DNA from: Mobula hypostoma
Taxonomy: Eukaryota
Length of the DNA: 64,000 bases
Reading direction: 5' to 3'
NCBI RefSeq assembly: GCF_963921235.1
Contig: NC_086103.1
Coordinates: 46,500,001 to 46,564,000, forward strand
Shown here: positions 53,901 to 64,000 of the stretch, piece after piece
Position numbering within the stretch: the stretch's first letter is position 1
Layout: each line of letters begins with the position of its first letter
Position numbers and translations under genes: made by a program
The notes under the pieces: generated by a model
The model's database searches: none
Told to the model about the DNA's origin: nothing
Seen by the model: only the letters and a program-made list of their open reading frames with translations

Positions 53901-56900
53901 ATGACACCCAGGTCCCGTTGCACCTCCCCTTTTCCTAATCGGCCACCATTCAGATAATAATCTGTTTTCCTATTTTTGCCACCAAAGTGGATAACTTCAC
54001 ATTTATCCACATTAAATTGCATCTGCCATGAGTTTGCCCACTCACCCAACCTATCCAAGTCACCCTGCATCCTCTTAGCATCCTCCTCACTGCTAACACT
54101 GCCACCCAGCTTCGTGTCATCCGCAAACTTGGAGATGCTGCATTTAATTCCCTCATCCAAGTCATTAATATATATTGTAAACAACTGGGGTCCCAGCACT
54201 GAGCCTTGCGGTACCCCACTAGTCACTGCCTGCCATTCTGAAAAGGTCCCGTTTATTCCCACTCTTTGCTTCCTGTCTGCTAACCAATTCTCCACCCACA
54301 CCAATACCTTAGCCCCAATACCGTGTGCTTTAAGTTTGCACACTAATCTCCTGTGTGGGACCTTGTCAAAAGCCTTTTGAAAATCCAAATATACCACATC
54401 CACTGGTTCTCCCCTATCCACTCTACTAGTTACATCCTCAAAAAATTCTATGAGATTCGTCAGACATGATTTTCCTTTCACAAATCCATGCTGACTTTGT
54501 CCGATCATTTCACCGCTTTCCAAATGTGCTGTTATCACATCCTTGATAACTGACTCCAGCAGTTTCCCCACCACCGACGTTAGGCTAACCGGCCTATAAT
54601 TCCCCGGTTTCTCTCTCCCTCCTTTTTTAAAAAGTGGGGTTACATTAGCCACCCTCCAATCCTCAGGAACTAGTCCAGAATCTAACGAGTTTTGAAAAAT
54701 TATCACTAATGCATCCACTATTTCTTGGGCTACTTCCTTAAGCACTCTGGGATGCAGACCATCTGGCCCTGGGGATTTATCTGCCTTCAATCCCTTCAAT
54801 TTACCTAACACCACTTCCCTACTAACATGTATTTCACTCAGTTCCTCCATCTCACTGGACCCTCTGTCCCTTACTATTTCTGGAAGATTATTTATGTCCT
54901 CCTTAGTGAAGACAGAACCAAAATAATTATTCAATTGGTCTGCCATGTCCTTGCTCCCCATAATCAATTCACCTGTTTCTGTCTGCAGGGGACCTACATT
55001 TGTCTTTATCAGTCTTTTCCTTTTTACATATCTATAAAAGCTTTTACAGTCCGTAAGATGTAAGTGACCATGCACCTATATATTTATCTGTTGATTTTGA
55101 CCCACAACAAAAGAATACTATTTGGAAACTAAATTCAAGTCTACTCAATGATCCCTATTTTAAGGAACAAATTAAAAAAGAAATTGATCTTTACTTAGAA
55201 TTCAATGATAATGGAGAAGTTTCACCTCCCATTCTATGAGATACTCTGAAGGCTGTCTTAAGAGGGAAAATTATAGCAATATCTTCATAAGAAAAAAATA
55301 AGGAATAGAACATTAGAGAAATTACAAAATAAGCTGAAGGAACTAGAAAAAAAACAAATTGAGTTTGGCACAGGATACATAAGAGGAAATTTTTAAAAAT
55401 AGGAATGAAATTAATAGTTTGGCTACACAAGAAATTAGAAAAAATCTTACGTTTCTGAAACAGAGACCCTATGAAAATGGATCTCAATCAATGAAAATAC
55501 TGGCGTGGAAACTAAAACAAAAATAGCAGAAAATACAATTCATAGAATAAGCGATCCAAGAACAAAAGTGATAAAAAAAAGCTAAGTGAAATTCAAGAAG
55601 CTTTTGAAGTGTTTTACAAAACTCTATATTCCAAAGTTCCAGGGGGAAGCATAACCCAAACTGTCACCTTCCTGAATTCTTTAGAGTTACCCACCTTAAG
55701 CAAAGAACAAAATAGAATGATGACTGCTGACATAACTGAAGCTGAACTAAAAACTGCAATTAGTAGGCTTAAATTAAGCAAGTCACCAGGTTCAGATGGG
55801 TATACGGCAGAGTGGTGTAAAGAGTTTAGAAGTGAGTTAATTTCTATTTTACTCCCCACACTGAACTGGACCCTAAGAAAGGCGCAAATGCCACCCAGTT
55901 GGAAGGAGGCAATAATCTCAGCTATACCAAAAGAAGGCAAGGATAAAATGGAATGTGGGTCATTTAGACCAATATCTGTTCTTAATGTGGATTATAGAAT
56001 ATTTACTTCCATCATGGCCAAACGATTAGAAGAGTTTCTACTCACACTGATAAATAATGATCAGACAGGTTTTATACAACAATGCCAAACACAAGACAAT
56101 ATATGACGGACACTTCACATTATGGATCATATTTAAAAAAATGAAATTGAAGCAATAGTGATAAGCGTGGACACTGAAAAGGCATTTGATTCGGTTAATT
56201 GGAATTTTCTTTACAGAGTTTTGCATAGATTTGGTCTACATGACACAATTATTAAAACTGTACAGGCACTATATGACAATCCTACTGCCAGGATTAAAAT
56301 CAATGGATATTTATCTAATAGCTTTACCCTAGAAAGGGGCACGAGACAGGGTTGTGCATGGTCACCGCTACTCTTGGCATTATATCAGGAACCATTAGCT
56401 CAATACATCAGACAAAATGAAGATATCAGGGGAATTACTATTAAAGGGACAGAGCATAAATTGCCCTGTTACGCGGATGACATTTTGATCTATCTAGGGC
56501 AACCAACATACTCTTTACCTAAATTGATGCAATCCTTTGAATAATATGGCCAATTATCAGGATACAAGATAAACATAGATAAAACCCAACTACTTTCATA
56601 TAACTATAGCCCAGCAAGAGAAATTGGAAGTAGGTATCCTTGGGCATGGCAAACAAGAGTCCAAAATTATCAGAATGCAATTATCAGCCTAAATATAAAA
56701 AAATTAAGGAAGATATAACAAGATGGAACCTAATTCCTTTCTTGGTCTCAGTTCCAGGATTGAATCTATTAAAATGAATATACTACCCAGACTACTATAT
56801 CTCTTTCAGACCCTACCAACAGAGATTAACCAAAATCAATTCAATGAATGGAACAAGATGCTATCAAGATATATATAGCAAGGTAAAAGGCCTAGGGTTC

Positions 56901-58373
56901 GTCTCAAAACTTTGCAATTAGCCAAGGAAAAGGGGGGATGGGGCCTACCTTCTCTCAGAGATTATTATTTTTCAGCACAGTTGAGAGCCGTAATATGCTG
57001 GTGCAACCCATCATATGGCGCTCAATGGAAAAACATTGAGGAGAGGATACTTTTCGTCCCCATACAGGCAATTTTGGCTGATAACAACCTACAAAGTTAC
57101 ATAAATAATATTGACAACCTGTGGGAGAAATGGACTATTAAAATATAGAAAACTATTATAAAAGAATATAAACTAGAGAGAGACATTGCAATTCTTAAAT
57201 GGTGTGCATATGACTCGGATTTTACGCCGAATAAACTGGATGCTAGATTTAAGGACTGGACAGCTAAAGGAATAACAGCTATTTGCAATATAATGAAAAA
57301 AGGAACACTGTTCAGTTTTGAAATGCTCAAAGAGAAACACTTATTAGAAAAACAAGACTTTTACCAGTATTTACAGATGCAACAGTATGTTAATAAGACG
57401 GTTAAAAATGTAACCAAGGCAAGTACATGTCTGATAGAGCTACTTAGAAAAACATATAATTCAGACAACGGTAGTAGAATAATTTCAAGCGTTTATAAGG
57501 GTTTGTCAAATCTTAAAACACATTCGACTTCATACATTAAAACAAAATGGGAGAAGGAAGGAGGGATAATAATATCTGAGGAAGACTGGACAATAATATG
57601 GAGGTATCAATGGAAGTGTACCAGTTCACAGAAATGGAGGGAGTTCGGGTGGAAAAACTTGATAAGATATTTTATTACACCATCTCAGAAATCCCATTAT
57701 AATAGTAACTCCCCTGCTTGCTAGAGAAATTGTGGAAATCAAAATGCAAACCATTATCATATTTTCTGGGAATATAGAAAATATATCAAATTCAAACACT
57801 ATCAAACACTATTGGAGTGGGATACATAATGCCCTACAAGACATCTTTAAATGTGAAATACCCTTAGAGAGTAAGACCATATATTTTAGGTATATACCTC
57901 AAGAATGGTTGAAAAGAAATAAATATTTAATGAATGTACTGTTGGTGGCTCGTAAAAAGATCCTTACCAGGAAATGGTTATCTCCGGAGAGCCCAACTTT
58001 AAATGTATGGATAGAAATTACAATGGACATTTACAAAATGGAGAAGATAATAGCATCTGTTAATCATAAGCTGGAACAATTTTATTCATACTGGAAAAAA
58101 TGTTTTAACTACATAACACCTTATAGGCCTTATTTTATTCTCACAAGTCAATGAATATGTTGTAAAAAAAATCACTCCCTACTCTGTGCATAGTTTTCTT
58201 CTTTCAATTGTTCTTTCTTTCCTCTCCTTTCTGTAAGTGTATACCTCAGATAAATATTATGTGGAGATTTGTGACAAATATGATTATATGATATATATGT
58301 ACAGTATCTGAAATACATCTTATGGAAATGTTTGTTTGATGATGAAATTCAATAAAAAATAAATTACAAAAAA
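50924..58373 (+). mobile_element. Full-length L1-clade LINE (ORF1 and ORF2 EN-RT, decayed), antisense to MAPK9 and upstream of its first coding exon
   Basis: TSD AAACAGAGATCGGTG at 50909-50923 and 58374-58388; ORF1 RSRRKNIRIYNV...IERAHRS; ORF2 YLQETHL, LLNIYAP, SDH, SPGSDGY, RGTRQGC, YADDIL; AATAAA and A-rich tail. Confidence 0.95.
53199..55055 (-). mobile_element. Young, 5'-truncated CR1 inserted in the L1 endonuclease domain; RT reading frame uninterrupted
   Basis: About 590-codon open frame (KSPGPDGLHPRVLKE, NYRPVSLTS, YLDFQKAFDKVPH, KFADDTKL); (TTTCTATG)n tail; AGAT duplicated at 53195-53198 and 55056-55059. Confidence 0.95.
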
Positions 58374-59577
58374 AAACAGAGATCGGTGTATTAGGATTCT
58401 CTACCCGGGAGGCTATGGAAGTTCAGCCATCAAATTCATTCAAAACAGAAAACAGAGTTGAAGGTTTTAAGGAAATTGGATGTTGCTACCTTTCAGCATT
58501 AAGACTGAAGATTGGCCATGAACTTCAAGAGCCAAATGGCTCTCTCCTGCTCCTACTTCCTCTGTTCTGGAAATGTCAATGATCATTATGTTTATGAGTT
58601 CCAAAGCAATCTAATGCTGTAATTACTTCAAGGTGGCCTAGGCCTCAGTTGTCAATATCAGAAACAGACATTAACCTGGATCTTGAGGCAATTTTCTTGA
58701 TTAGGAACTACTGTTCCTCCATTCAAGAGAGAACATCTTAAAACTTCAGAATACTACATTGTAAAATATAGTAGCTTAGCAATCAGGATAATTTACTAAT
58801 AAGTTTAGTGTTGATTATAAAAAAACAATGATGCAATATTCAGTTGAGACAGGAATGACAAAAATCATCAATAAGAAAGACTAATGATACAGATGAGATT
58901 AATTATCTTAGTTACAACTTTCAGTTTGAACCTAGCTATTGATGAATCAGTCACCACAGGGACATGGCTCTAGATAAAACGTTTCAGATTGCTGGGACAT
59001 TAGGCCCAATTCTGGGGCAAGAGGAACCTGCTCTGAACAACTCAACATTACGGGGTAATATTCTCACAAAAAAGCTTCATGGGAGTATTTCAAGCAGCAA
59101 AAGGAAAGGCTCTAGCATTTATCAGTAGAAAATGTGAAGCAGCACTGATGGAGGAAGATGTTATAATGATGGATAGGGAGTGAGTCTTGAGGTATAAAAG
59201 ACAGAATTTATTTGATTAGAGTTAAGGAGGAGGACACTGTCAAACACCTGCGGTTATTCAATATATTACCAAAAATTAAGATAAAAGAACAAATCTGTCA
59301 GAAAATTACAAACCTTTGTCTGGAATATTAAAAAATATATTCAGAAGGATTTCCTCATGTTTTCAGCTTTATGATGAAGCAAGATGAATAACTTAACTAC
59401 TGCATGGTTCATGAAACAGAATCAATCAGGGCTTTCAAAACAAGACGACCGACACCCAAGGGAGAACAATGTGCAGAATGACAGAGAAATAAGGGTTAAG
59501 TAAATCTGATAGAATCATTCTACACTGGTGTAGACTATATGGGCAAGTCAGCCTCCTTCTATGCTATTATCTTAACA

Positions 59578-59731
59578 CAGGTCGACCTTCACTAATCCAG
59601 CACCATTGAGATCTGAGGAGTGCCAGATTAGTGAACATGTCCAATTACAGAAGGATCACATTAAGCATAATCACTGCCGTATTATTGAAGGAACCGGATT
59701 ACAGGTAGTCGGATTAGTGAAGGTCGACCTG
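59578..59731. mobile_element. MITE (Tc1/pogo-type)
   Basis: Perfect 21-bp TIRs CAGGTCGACCTTCACTAATCC and GGATTAGTGAAGGTCGACCTG|TA. Confidence 0.85.
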
Positions 59732-60839
59732 TATAATGATTAGTAGACAGCATTTCGTAAATGGATACTCCTCTAATTGCACTATTCCTCCATTCCCTCA
59801 TAGGAAGAGATGTCTACAATTGCTCTTAATAAATCCAATTTCCCAGCTCATTCTCCACACACTTACTTCCTCTAGAGCACACTATTTATCTCCACCAATT
59901 TATGAACTGCTTCCTCATCTGGTACAATCTCCCCACATGAATCTTCGAGAACAATGCCACCTCAATTTCATTAGTGAGATCTTTCCATGGCATTAATCTG
60001 CCACAAAAGGTGACTGTAACAATCCCCCATACACAAAAGTGCTTTTTAAACATTATCTAAATATCTTAACAATGACTTATTTAAATACATACATCCAAAA
60101 ATATTCAGCATAAAGCAACACAAATTAAACATTAATATAAATAGAAGATTAAAAGCAATTAAAGGCATACATACAAAATAAATTCACCAAACTAAGAATT
60201 AATCCAGTGCAGGTATTTCTCTCCTTAGAAATTAATGCAGAGAATCATCCTCTGGCAAAGTCATCTTGAAAAACATGTTCATTTGAGCAAATACTAGGAA
60301 ACTGCTATACTTCTGCACTCCCTCCACAAGAATTCAGCAGACTGTAGATGAAGAAATGCTAGTGAACAGCCAGTCTAGACTTTCATATTCATGCACATCA
60401 AGAAATCCTGACCTTGGCGACACTTACGAGGGGAATTACCAGCAATTGTATTGCTGAACCAATATCACAGAATCACAGAATATCACAGTATTAACATCCA
60501 CTGGGCAAACAGAATTCGTAAAAGTACTGTAGAGGTTAAGTTTGCTGAAGATTTCAGGGATCAACTGGAGAAAAGACAATCTAGCAGAGTTAATTAGGAT
60601 ATTAATAAGGATCCTCAAAGGAAAAGAGCTCATAATATAAATAGAGTACATGCAGTTTAAGTGAGAAGTAGTTCAATAAGAAACAACTATTAAAGAAGCA
60701 AAATATGTAGGTTATGGCAAGGGCTAGGTTTGGAAATATTTAAAAAACATTATTGCTCTAGAAATGAAACATACAGTTAAAGCAGCAACTGAAAATCCTC
60801 ATTTGGGAGCTAAGGAATGTTAATAAACAGAGATACCAT

Positions 60840-61480
60840 GAGGATTAAGTCCTTAGTTCCTAGAAAGTGGGAACACAAGTAGATAGGATGGTGAAAGTGG
60901 CGTACAGCATGCTTACCTTCATCAGTTGGATCCTAGAATATAAAAGCTGGGATATAATGTTGCAATCTTAGAAAATACTTGCAGTACTTTGTTCATTTCT
61001 ATTTGACAAAATATTGTTTGCCCTGGAGACAGTGCAGAAGAGATTCACCAGGACGTTAATTGGATTGGAGGATATGAATATGCTACTTTTCTTCCCCGTA
61101 GTGTAGGAGGCTGAAGGATCACCTGTTCAGAGGTATTTCAAATTTAACCAGGGCTAGATAGGGTAGATAAAATGCTTTTCCCCATGTTAGTTGTATCAAA
61201 AATAACAGCCAACAGGTGTAAGGTGAGGAGAATGAGTTTTAAAAGAGACAGTACAGGAAATTACACAGAGTGGATTATGTCCTGAACTCACAGCCAGAGG
61301 AAATTGTAGGAATTAGAGACAATCACTAAACTTAAAGAAATTTTTGGCAGGTGCTAGAACAGGCAAGGCATAGAACAATAAGCACTTAATTGCAGGTAAT
61401 GGGATTAGTGTAGATGGGCAAAAAATTAATCGTGGACATGTGGGCCAAAGGTCCTGGCCCTGTGTTATACAACTCTATTT
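60840..61480 (+). mobile_element. Old CR1 3' fragment
   Basis: LETVQKRFTR-like motif and a degenerate CR1 tail. Confidence 0.65.
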
Positions 61481-61823
61481 AAACGTACATATTGTAGACA
61501 CACCACTGCAAAAATAAAAACGTGATGAATTTGTAACCAACAATGAAAGTTCAGAATCATATTAAAGGGCTTTTATATGATTATATATGAATAATTGATA
61601 GAATTTTAGAAGGCAAAGCATGACCAATTTTTGATAAAGGAGATAAAAGATCATTAAAAAAATTTAAAACTTTCTGCATTATTTTAAAGTTATTAAAATA
61701 ACAGTGAATCCTGTTGAGTTTATGACAAGAAGGATTATAGAAACACAAAGAATGTTCAAGTGATTAAGCAGTTTTTTTAATGTCTGTACATGAGCGTCTT
61801 TAAGAGTTTAAAGTAACTCATTA

Positions 61824-62447
61824 CAGGTTTCCTCCGCTATCTGAAAGTACAGCCTTCCTACGAATCCTTTTGTAAGCCGAAATAGCGTAAAGCGAAGAAG
61901 CAATTACCATTCATTTATAAGGGAGAAATTTTTGAGCGTTTCCAGACCCAAAAAAAACCCACCAAATCATACCAAATAACACATAAAACCTAAAATAGCA
62001 CTAACATATAGTAAAAGCAGAAATATGATAAATACACAGCCTATATAAAGTAAAAATAACGTACATACAGTGTAGTTTCACTTACCAGAAATGGGAAGAT
62101 AGCGAGCACACTGGAAGGTTCATGCAGTTTTCTATCATACAGTTCTTTGTAAGCACTCAAAGCATCCTGCAAACCTGCCCTAAACCTACGTGCCCTTTCA
62201 AAATTAAAGCCATATTTTTTTGCAATCATTGCAGCACCGTCAATCGTAGCGAAAATCTCACGCAGTTCAAAGCTATGGCGGCTCGCTGCAAAACAAATGC
62301 TGAACGCTATTTTCGCTTTTCGTCTTTTTTCGTAAAAGCGCAAATCCTCTTCGGATTTCTTTCGGCCAGCAAAAACAGGTACTAATGTAGGTCTTTCGTA
62401 AAAGCAAAGTGGCATAAAGCGAACTTTCGAAAAGCAGGGGATACCTG
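61824..62447 (-). mobile_element. Tigger-like non-autonomous element
   Basis: TA|CAGGTTTCCTCCGCTATCTGAAAG...CTTTCGAAAAGCAGGGGATACCTG|TA; transposase C-terminal remnant. Confidence 0.82.
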
Positions 62448-64000
62448 TACATTAAAAACAAAGTACCAGGGAAACTAAAGGTGGCCTAAAATAGGGAAAT
62501 TGCCTGTATCTGCATACAAAAAGTCCTAGACAACACTCTGACATGCACAAGTGGCAAGTAAAATCCACAACACAGGGGTGTCACACAACTGAAATCTCCA
62601 GCAGTAAGGTCCAACAACATTATCATCACCAGGATCCCAATCAGCAATGTTCTAGAAATCACCATTGACCTGAAATTCAATGCACAGATACTATCTGCAA
62701 GAGAAGATCAGAGACTTGGTATCCTTATGAATCTATGTATGATCTTTCTATTATTTTAAAATCTATAAATTCTTATTTACAAACTTTTCATTTCTTTTGC
62801 TCTATTCATTTCCTTTGAAAGAGAAAAGTTTATTTGGACTTAAAACAATCTACCACACACAATAATGGAAATTTTCCACAAATAAAGTTATAAGAGAATT
62901 AAACAAAAAGAAAAATTAACAAGTGCCCAAACAGGAAACAGTTATACAAATTAAAAGTTATAATTAAAATTTTTAGCTTAATTTTCTCCTTCACATAAAC
63001 CCCAACATTCATAACCCATTATAAACTTACATACTTATCCTTTATCTTCCAATTGCTAATTTGAGAACATGTAGTGTGCAAAATATTACATCAAAAACTG
63101 TATCCTTAATTGCACATTAGTTAATACCTTATCTTTCAATTTTACTTCACATAACTGACTTAATTCAAAACTTCAGTAAAAAATCTGATAACTACTCTTT
63201 TTCCAAAGTCATAACTGCATTATACTCAAGATGTACCTCTTCGTACATTTCTCCATTGAATTTAAATATTTAATAGCTTTGCTATATAAACAATAAATTT
63301 GTCTCCACCAAACCATCCAAAAATCTAAGCTATAATCATCAGATTTCAAAATCTGATTAAGATCATGGGAGATACAGCCAGTAAATAGAGACACTATTCC
63401 CATCAGACAGACCCTGGAGCACAAGACAGAAGGCAGAGTGGGACAACCATGGAGAAAACATATCATACATATAGTGTTTAGATTGGAGTTCATTGTGCAA
63501 GGGAGAAGGAAGCACACTTAGTAATTTCAGAAGGGAACTGGATCAACATTAAGGGGAAAATCTGGGGGAAAGAGGAAAAAATGCCAGGACTGGTAAAAAA
63601 CATTCAATGGGTCAAGGAGCCTGTTCACAACCCACAACATCTTTTGATTCCATTTTGTGATCAGTAACATCCTCAAACAAAAAGAGTTACTCCACATTTA
63701 GTGGAAAATATGGAAAATTAATTTTTCATACAATTTTCTAGCACATCTTCATAAACTGCTGCTGATCTGTGCAGTTCAAGCTCAATTAACACTGAATAGC
63801 TTAGTTTTCACTGAATTATTATGGGTCTTATGCAAGCACTTTTATAATAGTAAGTGACATTTCACTAATGATGTACATCAATAATTTCTCTCAATATTTT
63901 CCCAATAACCTTTCAGGTTTTTGGTTACCTGTTGATCTAGGATCATCTGCTGTCATACTCTTCTCAAGTATCAGTTTAACTGGTGCTCTATTGTTCCCCC

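Noticed and set aside
53276-55075. 599-aa ORF as a host or domesticated gene
   Set aside because: It is a 5'-truncated CR1 ORF2 with its own tail and TSD; the start is a GTG from flanking L1 sequence.
63925-64000. Minus-strand donor CAG|GTAACC as a possible MAPK9 5' UTR exon
   Set aside because: No convincing acceptor or CpG-rich promoter nearby; the true first exon probably lies beyond the window.

Overview
Vertebrate genomic DNA, most likely a cartilaginous fish such as a ray. This is inferred from the repeat content: CR1 with a (TTTCTATG)n tail, a V-SINE, Penelope/hammerhead-type repeats, Rex-Babar and Tc1. The window holds the complete coding region of MAPK9 (JNK2) on the minus strand: 12 coding exons from the ATG at 47205 to the TGA at 18489. 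These include two mutually exclusive 72-nt exons, each ending in a U12-type donor (GTATCCTT) and sharing one U12 branch site. Tandem acceptors 5 nt apart in the last exon give p54 (426 aa) and p46 (384 aa) isoforms. A probable 3' UTR of about 5 kb follows. The rest is mostly transposable elements, often nested: a full-length L1 with a 15-bp TSD that carries a young CR1 with an open RT frame, a Hero-like RT split by an RTE, three Tc1 copies, several Tigger/pogo elements, an Academ-like fragment, Penelope remnants and SINEs. I cannot demonstrate a wholly new biological system. The best candidates are (i) a ~470-bp palindrome in the U12 intron with mirror-image CCAAT, TATA and hammerhead-ribozyme modules, plus a second palindromic hammerhead family, and (ii) an exon junction in MAPK9 that regenerates a GTAAGT donor whose re-use would give an in-frame 42-codon deletion. 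Exon boundaries were checked base by base. Repeat boundaries are approximate, and family names come from recalled motifs, not database searches.
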